A stretch of 52,986 nt of DNA from Eubacteriales bacterium (GTDB lineage: Bacteria > Bacillota > Clostridia > Oscillospirales > CAG-272), in contig JAZUBZ010000021.1 of the NCBI GenBank assembly GCA_045638805.1, positions 1 to 52,986 on the forward strand. Direction: 5' to 3'. The notes under the pieces were generated by a model, which saw only the letters and a program-made list of their open reading frames with translations, searched no databases and was not told the origin of the DNA. Both the position numbers and the translations under genes were made by a program. Shown piece after piece: positions 1-8,643 of this stretch (position 1 is the stretch's first letter; each line of letters opens with the position of its first letter).

Positions 1-90
1 TCGCGGTTTTTTAAGGCAGCGCCTTAAATCGCCCTCCGCAGAGGGCGAAATCCCCCTATTCGTCCCAAAAGCGGCGCGCACGCCGCGCAT

Positions 91-158
91 CCCCTTTTAC
101 TAACAGTTTAAACTTTGTGTAATTTGACAAACCCTGCGATAGAATACAGGGTTTGTCA
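91..158 (+). repeat. Conserved non-coding module, copy 1: a 46-nt motif followed by a 12-bp hairpin
   Basis: ccccttttactaacagtttaaactttgtgtaatttgacaaaccctg matches the reverse complement of 47094-47139 at 39 of 46 positions. It is followed by the hairpin tgacaaaccctg / cagggtttgtca (125-158). Confidence 0.6.
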
Positions 159-167
159 GTAGTCTGA

Positions 168-188
168 CACCCATGAGGGTGATTTTTT
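168..188 (+). terminator. Possible intrinsic terminator, plus strand
   Basis: Short stem caccc-atga-gggtg followed by a T6 run. The T-run sits only on the plus strand, so it does not serve the minus-strand HD gene. Confidence 0.35.
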
Positions 189-192
189 CGTT

Positions 193-684
193 TTATAAAT
201 CAAATTCTTTCATGAGAGAATGAAAACGGTTCTGTTCATGCCCTTTTATCTCAAACAACGGGTTATACAAAACGTGTTGCATGACATCGGCATCTTTCAA
301 AATTTCATCCAAAGTATCATGGACCAATGATTTGTCACTGTGATTATATATTGCTGTACATACCATGGAAATTTCATCTTCGGTAAATATGTTTAATGAA
401 TTCATGAGGCTTCGTGCCATTTCAGCGCCCTTATGAGCATGATCTTTGGGATCCATATTAGCGTATGAATATATATCATGTAACATACCTGCAATAACAG
501 CCAATTCAGTGTTTTCTTGACGTTTAATAGATAAAAGAGCACATGCCTGTGAGACACCGTATAAATGCAAATAAGCACATCTTCGTTCTTCATTATCTTT
601 CATATTCAGTAAGATATCATCAATTACTTCTCGGACTTTTTCGATTCTGTTCATAACAATTTCCACCTCCAAGGCTACTGTCAT
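193..684 (-). CDS. HD-domain metal-dependent phosphohydrolase
   Basis: 163-aa ORF with the HD dyad in GMLHDIYSY and further conserved His residues (HAHKG). Confidence 0.7.
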   Translation of the reverse strand: MTVALEVEIVMNRIEKVREVIDDILLNMKDNEERRCAYLHLYGVSQACALLSIKRQENTELAVIAGMLHDIYSYANMDPKDHAHKGAEMARSLMNSLNIFTEDEISMVCTAIYNHSDKSLVHDTLDEILKDADVMQHVLYNPLFEIKGHEQNRFHSLMKEFDL

Positions 685-750
685 ACGACACTATAGATTT
701 TTATAATTCAAAGTAAGGCAAGTTTGCATCCATAGCATTTTTTACTTTGT

Positions 751-1296
751 TTAATGCTTCACTATAACCTTCACTGCCTCGAGGGCATTTTCTGCGATTA
801 TATCAGCTTCATGGTCTGCCCATGTGTGACGGAATTCACCGAGACTTCTTTTTCCGCCGCCGGTCAATACCAAAACACCTTTGCACCCTGCATTGTGTGC
901 CATCACGATTTCGTTTTTGCCCATGTCACCTATAACAAAGCATTTTTGTATGTCAAGGTCATATTTTTTTGCGCATTGCCACATAAGTCTGGGTTTGGGC
1001 TTTTTACAGTCACAATTATCTTCACTTGTGTGCGGACAACAAAGAAATTCATCTATCAAAATACCATCCGAATTAAAGAAGCTGAGGATACGGTTTGCCT
1101 CTCGATCATACACTTCTGCGGAGAGAATGCCTTTCCCGATCTTGCTTTGATTCGTAATAATGATATTTTTATACCCATTATTTTTCGCAAGGCTGAGAGC
1201 TTCTTTGGAAAACGGGTATGGTTCAAAGGTATTGATGCTTGCGACTGCATCGCCACCTAAAGTTCCTTGCAAATCCCAAAACAGAGCTTTGTTCAT
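751..1296 (-). CDS. HAD-IIIA family hydrolase, GmhB / histidinol-phosphatase-like
   Basis: 181-aa ORF with the Zn-finger-like motif CCPHTSEDNCDCKKPKP that is typical of GmhB-type phosphatases, plus GDMGKNE. Confidence 0.7.
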   Translation of the reverse strand: MNKALFWDLQGTLGGDAVASINTFEPYPFSKEALSLAKNNGYKNIIITNQSKIGKGILSAEVYDREANRILSFFNSDGILIDEFLCCPHTSEDNCDCKKPKPRLMWQCAKKYDLDIQKCFVIGDMGKNEIVMAHNAGCKGVLVLTGGGKRSLGEFRHTWADHEADIIAENALEAVKVIVKH

Positions 1297-1426
1297 GGTT
1301 ATTACTCCTGCGTGTTCTATTTGAGTTGTTTTATATTTCTTAATAATAGCATAACATAATAATTATATCAATACAAGTTTTGTCCTGTAATACACCGATT
1401 CTGTCCTCGAATTATGTTTTTCCAGG

Positions 1427-2413
1427 TCAACCATACTGCTCAGCCTTGATTTTCGGATACGTGCGTATCATTTTCGTGTCAACCGTTGAGGGATCGTCTT
1501 CGCGGTATATGAATAATCTGCCTCCACGACGTTCGTTCTCACCGTAACAGCTGTAGCCTGCCGCGGCATCCCAGAGAAGTCTTATACCGCAGTATTCAGC
1601 ATCAAAATCATTTCGGTGTGTATGACCGCAGCAGATCGCTTTCACGTCCCCGCGCTGAAGCAGGAGTGAAAACAACCCCGGGTTAAAGGGCATGGTTGCA
1701 AGCCCCTCGTCGTAATGACCGTCGCGCACGCAGATTTCGGGGTTTGAATATGCGGTAATGTATTCGTAGGGCGCTATGTGCATACAAAGAAGCCCCGGGA
1801 CTTTTTTGCCCATATCCTGTTCAAGCTTCATGGAGGTATTATAATACCACATAAGCTGATCGAAGTATAGCATACCCCAAACGCCGTACCCAACGGGAGT
1901 ATTGGGCAGTCCCGCCATTTTATGCATATCACCACCCACAAGGCCGTTAAGTTCGGTGACGTAATGGTTTGTGTCAAGTCCCCAGACGGCAAGGGATATT
2001 TCACCTTTCGAGTTATATACGGGGAGGATAAAATTGGACTTGCCGTGCACGGTATCATCCGTGTGAGCGGATATACAGTTAGGATAGCTTTCGTATATAC
2101 TTTGCTGAAGGGAAATATCTATCGGTGCGTCGTGATCGTGATTACCAAAGACGTGTGCCCATGGAATCCCGCGCTGCTCCATCGGGGAAGTGAAGACGTC
2201 CAAAAATGAGCGCAGGTCTTTTTCGTCACTTATCTTGGTTCCGTCGCAGTTGTCCCCGCCCCAGATGACAAGATCGGGATCGCTCTCTTCTATCAGGATC
2301 TCAACCGAGCGAAGGGATCTGGAGTCGTAATGCACCGACTCCTGCAGATCAGACATCATTAAAACGCGAAACGTACCGTCTTCGCGAAACTTTAGTTTTC
2401 TTTTAGCGGCCAT
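1427..2413 (-). CDS. Metallophosphoesterase (calcineurin-like)
   Basis: Motifs GGDNCDG, GNHDHD and CGHTHRND. I chose the ATG at 2413, preceded by GGAGGGGT, over the TTG at 2482 used by the ORF track. Confidence 0.75.
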   Translation of the reverse strand: MAAKRKLKFREDGTFRVLMMSDLQESVHYDSRSLRSVEILIEESDPDLVIWGGDNCDGTKISDEKDLRSFLDVFTSPMEQRGIPWAHVFGNHDHDAPIDISLQQSIYESYPNCISAHTDDTVHGKSNFILPVYNSKGEISLAVWGLDTNHYVTELNGLVGGDMHKMAGLPNTPVGYGVWGMLYFDQLMWYYNTSMKLEQDMGKKVPGLLCMHIAPYEYITAYSNPEICVRDGHYDEGLATMPFNPGLFSLLLQRGDVKAICCGHTHRNDFDAEYCGIRLLWDAAAGYSCYGENERRGGRLFIYREDDPSTVDTKMIRTYPKIKAEQYG

Positions 2414-2590
2414 AGCGTGTACCCCTCCGATGAACGTTGTATAGTATGTTTCTATTATAGCAGAGAAGGGTGGAGAGCGCAAGTGGATTCATGAGATTTA
2501 GGTATACCCTAATGAAACACGGGGAGAGGGAAAAGGTTGAGCGGAGCCCCGCCCCGCTCGTTTGGTTATTGGGTTTTACTTGAAAAATTG

Positions 2591-3082
2591 TTATTCCCGT
2601 ATATTTTTATACCAAATATCTATCTCGTCTTCTGTGGGGGATTCCCATAAGGATAAGCATTTACCTAAAAGACCCTCATCCAAGAAATACTCATACGTGC
2701 TGTTATCGTTAAGCACACGACTGTTTCTCTCCAAAATGTTCTTGTACCAAGTCATGTTATCAACATCAATATAATGCCATTCACAAGGAATATTCTGTGA
2801 ATCGTAAAACTCTGTCAGCTTTCGTCTGCCTTCACGGCTCCAAAAACCCCAATCAAGAATCACGTTGCATCCTATGTTTATTAGTTCAACAGATTTGTTT
2901 TTGAAGTAGTTACAGATTCTTATGGTCATTTCGTCGTGCTTTTCGTCTAAATCTTTATCAAATAGTGCATTTACAATTTCATCGCAAGACAGGACAACCG
3001 CATTTTCTTTTTCTTTGAGTTGCTTAGTATAATATGATTTTCCGGCACAGATTTTGCCGCAGATAGCTATGATTTTTGCCAT
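2591..3082 (-). CDS. P-loop NTPase / kinase-like protein
   Basis: Walker A motif CGKICAGKS near the N-terminus. The ATG at 3082 is preceded by a GGAGG RBS. Confidence 0.6.
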   Translation of the reverse strand: MAKIIAICGKICAGKSYYTKQLKEKENAVVLSCDEIVNALFDKDLDEKHDEMTIRICNYFKNKSVELINIGCNVILDWGFWSREGRRKLTEFYDSQNIPCEWHYIDVDNMTWYKNILERNSRVLNDNSTYEYFLDEGLLGKCLSLWESPTEDEIDIWYKNIRE

Positions 3083-3500
3083 AAAACCTCCTGATTTGAA
3101 TATATTATTTATTTTACGCAAACAACTGTAATCATGTTCCCACCGCCTTTCAATTATAACAGAGAGTGTTGAATGTTTATTATATTTAGCTTTCGTTCCG
3201 CGCGTTTAGTATCACGCTTGCCGCGGTAAATGAGGTTTCGTATATACTGTGCGAAATCGACAAAAAACGATAACCACACGTTCAATTATATATTAGATAT
3301 AGATATTGTCAAGAGTTTTTTGGGAAAAAGTAAAAATATAATAAAAAGGCACCATGATAGGTGATATGAAGATAGCTTCATGTGATACAGTAAGTGCGAA
3401 CAGACTACTTCCGCTTACGGAAGTAGGACTAGATCCACGGCGCAAATACAGTGTGTTTGGTTTTGCTTCGCAGAACTACCGCCTTTCGATTCCAGTTGTA

Positions 3501-3538
3501 AAAATCAAAAGGCACCTTTATAGGTGCCTTTTGATTTT
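3501..3538. terminator. Bidirectional intrinsic terminator next to tRNA-Val
   Basis: Perfect 16-bp stem aaaatcaaaaggcacc / ggtgccttttgatttt with loop tttata. A/T runs lie on both sides. Confidence 0.7.
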
Positions 3539-3612
3539 TGGAAACAACTGGAATCGAACCAGTGACCCCTTGCATGTCAAGCAAGTACTCTAACCAGCTG
3601 AGCTATGCTTCC
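3539..3612 (-). tRNA. tRNA-Val: tRNA-Val, anticodon GAC
   Basis: The reverse complement reads GGAAGCA-TA-GCTC-AGCTGGTTA-GAGT-A-CTTGC-TTGACAT-GCAAG-GGGTC-ACTGG-TTCGATT-CCAGT-TGTTTCC-A. This folds into a full cloverleaf with one G-U pair in the acceptor stem. CCA is not encoded. Confidence 0.9.
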
Positions 3613-3767
3613 GTATTTTACGCGTGTTATTATATCACATAACAGAACAAAAATCAAGACTTTTTTGAAAATATTTCATTCCGCGCAATTTGTGACATTT
3701 TTTACCCAGCGGGTGATTTATAATTATGTCAAAGTAAAATCAAGGAAAAAGAAAGTACGGTATTAAT

Positions 3768-4115
3768 ATGTTAAACAGCGTAAAAAATGTGGAGTTTTCA
3801 AACGTAGGCGGTGTACTTACCGCTTTCGTAAAGGGCGAGATAGACCACCACAACGCCAAGTCTGCCCGAAGCATGATAGATCGCGAGCTTGAAAAGATCC
3901 GTCCCACACAGCTTACCCTTGACCTGTCGGCGGTAAGCTTTATGGACAGCTCCGGACTTGGACTGATACTCGGCAGATACAACAAGGCTGTCGAGCTTGG
4001 TGTGAAATTTACTGTGAGAAACCCAACTCCCGCAACAATGAAAATTATCTCCCTTGCAGGGGGAGAACGGATATTCGACGTGATAACCGATAACATCGAA
4101 AACGATAACACTTGA
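3768..4115 (+). CDS. spoIIAA: Anti-sigma-F factor antagonist SpoIIAA (STAS domain)
   Basis: 115 aa with the FMDSSGLGLILGRY phosphorylation-site motif. It is first in a spoIIAA-spoIIAB-sigF gene order. Confidence 0.9.
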   Translation: MLNSVKNVEFSNVGGVLTAFVKGEIDHHNAKSARSMIDRELEKIRPTQLTLDLSAVSFMDSSGLGLILGRYNKAVELGVKFTVRNPTPATMKIISLAGGERIFDVITDNIENDNT

Positions 4116-4128
4116 ACGGAGCAAGATT

Positions 4129-4581
4129 ATGAGCAAGAACGAATGTATTAACGAGATAAAACTGAATTTTCCGTCATATTCAACCAATGAGGGGACGGCG
4201 CGAGCAATGGTATCTGCCTTTTGTGCCTCACTCAACCCTACAGTCGAGGAGCTGTCCGACATTAGATGCGCCGTGTCCGAGGCGGTTACCAACTGTACGG
4301 TACACGCATACAAAAACGAGATAGGCACGGTGGCACTTACAGTTAAGCTTTATGCCGACAGAACGGTGAAAATTGAGGTGAAGGACAAGGGCTGCGGCAT
4401 TGCAGACGTAGAAGAGGCTCTTCAGCCTCTCTTCACAACAGACCCGGAGGGCGAGAGAAGCGGCATGGGATTTACCGTCATGGAAAGCTTCATGGATCAC
4501 GTTTCGGTGAAGTCGGCACTCGGTCGCGGAACAAAGGTAACGATGAAACGGCGACTGTCGGCACTTCCGGTAAAACGATAA
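4129..4581 (+). CDS. spoIIAB: Anti-sigma-F factor / serine kinase SpoIIAB
   Basis: 150 aa with HATPase_c-type N-box (AVTNCTVHAY) and G-boxes (DKGCGI, GMGFTVM). Confidence 0.9.
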   Translation: MSKNECINEIKLNFPSYSTNEGTARAMVSAFCASLNPTVEELSDIRCAVSEAVTNCTVHAYKNEIGTVALTVKLYADRTVKIEVKDKGCGIADVEEALQPLFTTDPEGERSGMGFTVMESFMDHVSVKSALGRGTKVTMKRRLSALPVKR

Positions 4582-4639
4582 TACATAACCCATGTCCTAA
4601 GCAGGACGTGGACTGCTTTTACCGAAAGGATGATAAAAA

Positions 4640-5374
4640 TTGAATCAGACACAAAAAATATCACTCCATGAAGAAAATGTGCGTTTGCTGAATCTGTATA
4701 CAGACGGCGACGAGAGCGTAGTCGGACGGCTGATGGAGATAAATATGGGACTTGTGACGGGGCTTGCATACAGATTCCGCGGAAGGGGCACGGACTACGA
4801 GGATCTCGTTCAGATAGGCTCTATCGGAATGTTGAAGGCAATACGAAGCTTCGACGTGTCACGTGGTACTGCCTTTTCCACCTACGCTGTACCGCTTATC
4901 GTAGGCGAGATACGCAAATATCTGAGAGACGACGGTCCCGTCAAGGTCAGCAGAACACAAAAGCGTCTTGGCGCCATGCTTCTTCACGAAAGGGAAGTGT
5001 ACATCAGGGAGCACGGTCATGAGCCACGCATAGACGAGCTTGCCGCCGCTTGCAACGTGTCTTCTGCAGAGGCGGCGGTTGCAATGGAGTCCACGTCTCC
5101 CATTCATTCACTGTCTGAGATAATCGGCGGAGATGATATGCCTCTTGAAAGCGTACTCGCATCTCCCGACGATAACCTTGGAAAGACTGTTGAATACGTG
5201 GCACTTGCAGAGTCCATACGAACTCTTGACCCGTTATGGCGTCAGATCATAACTCTCAGGTATTTCAAGGATTTTTCGCAGCAACAGACGGCTGATGCGC
5301 TGGGACTCACACAGGTGAAGATCTCAAGAGAGGAAAAGAAGATATTCGCCCGCCTCCGCGCGGAGCTGGGATAA
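4640..5374 (+). CDS. sigF: Sporulation sigma factor SigF
   Basis: 244-aa sigma-70 family protein with regions 2-4. It is third in the spoIIA operon and uses a TTG start. Confidence 0.88.
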   Translation: MNQTQKISLHEENVRLLNLYTDGDESVVGRLMEINMGLVTGLAYRFRGRGTDYEDLVQIGSIGMLKAIRSFDVSRGTAFSTYAVPLIVGEIRKYLRDDGPVKVSRTQKRLGAMLLHEREVYIREHGHEPRIDELAAACNVSSAEAAVAMESTSPIHSLSEIIGGDDMPLESVLASPDDNLGKTVEYVALAESIRTLDPLWRQIITLRYFKDFSQQQTADALGLTQVKISREEKKIFARLRAELG

Positions 5375-5378
5375 AAAT

Positions 5379-5409
5379 AAGGCTTGTATCGTTTGTTGAT
5401 ACAAGCCTT
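5379..5409. terminator. Bidirectional terminator between sigF and the convergent alpha-galactosidase operon
   Basis: 12-bp stem aaggcttgtatc / gatacaagcctt. The T-run is clearer on the minus strand. Confidence 0.65.
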
Positions 5410-5417
5410 AAATCTTT

Positions 5418-5618
5418 TTAATCCTTTTTATCAAACAGAGTACAACCTGCGCGACGGAAACGTTCGATCATGTCTCGCATGTCGCTTTCGGGAACGTTCC
5501 ACTTTTTAGCGAGACAAGCGGGGCAGAGGAAGCTTTCGGCATTCCTGCTGACAGTTTTCAGATACAGCCCGATCTCGTCACGGGTAAGCTCTTTTTCGCA
5601 TTCAGTGCAACGCGGCAT
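5418..5618 (-). CDS. Small zinc-ribbon-like protein (CxxC...CxxC), function unknown
   Basis: 66 aa with CTEC and CPAC pairs. Its ATG shares one base with the TAA stop of the upstream alpha-galactosidase gene (TAATG). Confidence 0.45.
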   Translation of the reverse strand: MPRCTECEKELTRDEIGLYLKTVSRNAESFLCPACLAKKWNVPESDMRDMIERFRRAGCTLFDKKD

Positions 5619-6748
5619 TAGGCTTTAACTACCTTTACAAGGAATACTCTTGCACCGTGTGACTGGACACGGGGAGCGAAATACTCCTTGAATACACCGA
5701 TCTTTTCACCGTTGAAGGCATCGGTAATTTCAAGTCCCATGCCTGATTCGTTTGAAAGACCGAAGTCTGAGAAGCAGGTGTGTGTGTCAGCCCAACCGTT
5801 GGAGTAGTTGAAATATGCGAGGGCGTATTCGTTATCGCTGAGGTGCTTGAAATATATGTTCTTATCAAAATTCTGATAACCGAGGTGAGCCATCTTATAA
5901 GGGGGACGGCACTCAATATCCTGGTTGATACGGAGAAGATTCTTGTTTGTGATAAGCTCGATAAGCTCTTCTGAAAGGGTTCTTACGTCGCATCCCAGCA
6001 TCAAGGGAGTACCGAACATACACCACATGGAGAACTGCGCGCGGTATTCCTCATAGCTGAAGGAAGAGGTACTTACAAGACCCTTACCGCACATTCCGAC
6101 GGTGAGCATGTCAAGGTCGTTGTAGCAACCGGGCGCACTGTAACAGAATTTGTGCTCCTGCTCGAAGATGATATTCTTTATTGACTCAAAGGAGTCGCTG
6201 ATGTCACCGGTACTGCGATACATGGAGCCACCTACCGCACGTGCCCAATCCTTGGAATGGTCGCCTGTGCAGAGAGAGAACATGATCTCTCTGCCGCTTG
6301 CCTTCAGCGCCATACCCATTCTGCGGTAAAGCAGGTGTATGTCGATATTCGGGGGGATGAAGCATCCGTCGTACTTAAGGAAGTCAACCTCCCAATCGGC
6401 GAAAGTCTGTGCGTCAAGATACTCGTGATCCATGCTGGCGGGAAGGTTTCCGCAGGTTCTGAGACCCGCGCATGAGTAGATACCGAACTTAAGACCGAGT
6501 GAATGTACGTAGTCTGCTACGTACTTCATTCCATGGGGGAATTTCACCGGATCTGCCACAAGTCTTCCGGTTACGGGATCACGATCCTTAGCTTCCCAAC
6601 CGTCGTCAACTACAACGTATTTGTAGCCTGCTTTGTCAAGACCCAGCTTTACGATCGCATCTGCTGTTTCGAGAACGATCTGCTCGTTAATATCGGTGCC
6701 GAATGTGTTCCAGGAATTCCATCCCATTGGAGGTGTATATGTCATCAT
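5618..6748 (-). CDS. GH27 alpha-galactosidase, apparently cytoplasmic
   Basis: 376 aa with PPMGWNSWNTFG, VVVDDGW and FLKYDGC motifs characteristic of GH27. No signal peptide. GGAG RBS. Confidence 0.85.
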   Translation of the reverse strand: MMTYTPPMGWNSWNTFGTDINEQIVLETADAIVKLGLDKAGYKYVVVDDGWEAKDRDPVTGRLVADPVKFPHGMKYVADYVHSLGLKFGIYSCAGLRTCGNLPASMDHEYLDAQTFADWEVDFLKYDGCFIPPNIDIHLLYRRMGMALKASGREIMFSLCTGDHSKDWARAVGGSMYRSTGDISDSFESIKNIIFEQEHKFCYSAPGCYNDLDMLTVGMCGKGLVSTSSFSYEEYRAQFSMWCMFGTPLMLGCDVRTLSEELIELITNKNLLRINQDIECRPPYKMAHLGYQNFDKNIYFKHLSDNEYALAYFNYSNGWADTHTCFSDFGLSNESGMGLEITDAFNGEKIGVFKEYFAPRVQSHGARVFLVKVVKA

Positions 6749-6826
6749 ATCAAACCTCTCCTTTCAAATTATAAATATAAACGATAAGGCAACATTCCAC
6801 GAGAAATATTGCCTTTGAATTCAATA

Positions 6827-8311
6827 TTAACCGTGGAATAACTTTTTTGTCTGATGCTTTGGTTCCATGGTGAGATTGATACCGAGCTTGCGGTAGGTAG
6901 TTGAATCAACGCCCGAAACGATCACCGTCGCGTGCGCCTCGGCGCCGCGGAGCTTTTCAAGCTGCTTCATTGCAAGTGCGGCTACAGGGTTCGTAGTAGC
7001 TGAAATTGCAAGAGCGATGAGAATCTCGTCTGCATGGAGACGGGGATTGTGTCCGCCGAGAGTTTCGGTTTTGAGTCTGCTGAGAGGCTCGATAACTACG
7101 GGAGGGAGAAGATGTATCTCGTCGTTGATGTCTCCAAGTACCTTTAGAGCATTAAGGAGAGCAGCGGCGGACGCTCCGAGAAGTTCGGAGGTCTTACCCG
7201 TAACGATCTGTCCGTCGGGAAGCTCTATGGCAACTGCGGGACCGTCGGTTTCTTCTTCCTTATCTAGTGCCGCCTTTACAGTACGTCTGTATTCTGTGGT
7301 AACGCCTGGGCGGTTCATGAGAAGCTCGGACTTTGATACTTCATCGGTATCAACAGTACCGCTCTGCTTTTTGCAAAGGGTATCGTAGTATCTGCGAACT
7401 ATCTCCATCTTAGCAGCTTCGTTAACAGCCTCAGCGTCGGTGATACAGTAGCCCGTCATATTCACGCCCATGTCAGTGGGAGACTTGTAGGGACACTCAC
7501 CGTAGATATTTTCGAAGATGAGCTTTAATACAGGGAATATCTCAACGTCGCGGTTGTAGTTGACAGTAGTCTCGCCGTATGCTTCAAGATGATAGGGGTC
7601 GATCATGTTAAGGTCACTAAGGTCAACGGTTGCCGCCTCGTAAGCGATGTTTACGGGATGGTTGAGTGAGAGATTCCAGATGGGGAAGGTCTCGTATTTA
7701 GCGTAACCGGACTTGATGCCGCGCTTGTTATCGTGGTAAAGCTGAGAGAGGCACGCCGCCATCTTGCCGCTTCCGGGTCCGGGGGCTGTAACAACTACAA
7801 GGGAGCGCTCGGTTTCAATATAATCGTTCTTACCGTATCCCTCTTCACTTGCGATAAGCTTTGCGTTAGAGGGATATCCGGGAATATGATAATGCTTGAA
7901 TACCTTGATACCGAGATTCTGAAGTCTCTTAATAAATGCATCAGCCGCGGGCTGTGCGGCATACTGATTGATGACAACACTGCCTACGTACAGACCGATT
8001 CCGGTAAATGCGTCGATAAGACGGATGGCATCCATATCATAGGTGATGCCGAGATCGGCACGCATCTTATTCTGCTCGATCGCAACAGCGGAAACAACTA
8101 TGACGATCTCAGCCTGATCCTTCAGCTTCATAAGCATACGGATCTTACTTTCGGGTGCAAAGCCGGGAAGAACACGGGACGCGTGGAAATCGTCAAAGAG
8201 CTTACCGCCTATTTCCAAGTAGAGTTTACCTCCGAAGCTTTGAATTCTTTCGAGAATTCGCTCGGACTGAAGACTCAGATATTTTTCATTATCAAAACCG
8301 ATCTTGAACAT
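6827..8311 (-). CDS. DUF1846 (UPF0371) family protein
   Basis: N-terminus MFKIGFDNEKYLSLQSERILERI is typical of the family. I chose the internal ATG at 8311 over the ORF-track start at 8443. Confidence 0.75.
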   Translation of the reverse strand: MFKIGFDNEKYLSLQSERILERIQSFGGKLYLEIGGKLFDDFHASRVLPGFAPESKIRMLMKLKDQAEIVIVVSAVAIEQNKMRADLGITYDMDAIRLIDAFTGIGLYVGSVVINQYAAQPAADAFIKRLQNLGIKVFKHYHIPGYPSNAKLIASEEGYGKNDYIETERSLVVVTAPGPGSGKMAACLSQLYHDNKRGIKSGYAKYETFPIWNLSLNHPVNIAYEAATVDLSDLNMIDPYHLEAYGETTVNYNRDVEIFPVLKLIFENIYGECPYKSPTDMGVNMTGYCITDAEAVNEAAKMEIVRRYYDTLCKKQSGTVDTDEVSKSELLMNRPGVTTEYRRTVKAALDKEEETDGPAVAIELPDGQIVTGKTSELLGASAAALLNALKVLGDINDEIHLLPPVVIEPLSRLKTETLGGHNPRLHADEILIALAISATTNPVAALAMKQLEKLRGAEAHATVIVSGVDSTTYRKLGINLTMEPKHQTKKLFHG

Positions 8312-8414
8312 AAGATACTCCAATAAAATACTATATAAACTATGAAAATCAGCTGCTTTGGGCAAAATTGCAAAAACAGCTTCATATGAATGATTTATTA
8401 AACAATACGGATAT

Positions 8415-8443
8415 ATTATATAATAATTCTTTTGCTTTTGCAA
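8415..8443 (-). promoter_or_regulatory. Sigma-A-type promoter for the DUF1846 gene
   Basis: On the minus strand, TTGCAA, a 17-nt spacer, then TATAAT. Confidence 0.5.
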
Positions 8444-8564
8444 GTGATTTTATAAAAAGACTTCAAAAGTTTTCGTGAAAAATATGAATATTACCGTCAA
8501 CCGTTTCTCATTAGGGTAATCTCTTAAAAAACGGTAAAACATTTGTGCAAGTACCTGTCATAAC

Positions 8565-8593
8565 ATTGACTTTTACTTCCTAATATGTTACAA
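8565..8593 (+). promoter_or_regulatory. Sigma-A-type promoter for proBAC
   Basis: TTGACT, a 17-nt spacer, then TACAAT, about 50 nt upstream of the proB ATG. Confidence 0.55.
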
Positions 8594-8643
8594 TTATACA
8601 GATTATAGATATTTTCGTACAATATAGAAAGGCACATATCCCA

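Noticed and set aside
3354-3593. 79-aa plus-strand ORF.
   Set aside because: It runs through a terminator hairpin and the tRNA-Val gene, and it has no RBS. The region is better explained as non-coding.
8312-8443. N-terminal extensions proposed by the ORF track for DUF1846. The same applies to 2414-2482, 3083-3121, 9739-9762, 12522-12554, 13261-13296, 15050-15082, 37432-37467, 41155-41166, 45149-45205 and 51685-51717.
   Set aside because: Internal ATG codons with GGAGG-like RBS give N-termini that match the expected family starts. The extensions overlap upstream genes or promoters.
8594-8643. Possible T-box or other riboswitch in front of proBA.
   Set aside because: The leader between the predicted -10 and the ATG is only about 50 nt. 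It contains no specifier or T-box sequence.
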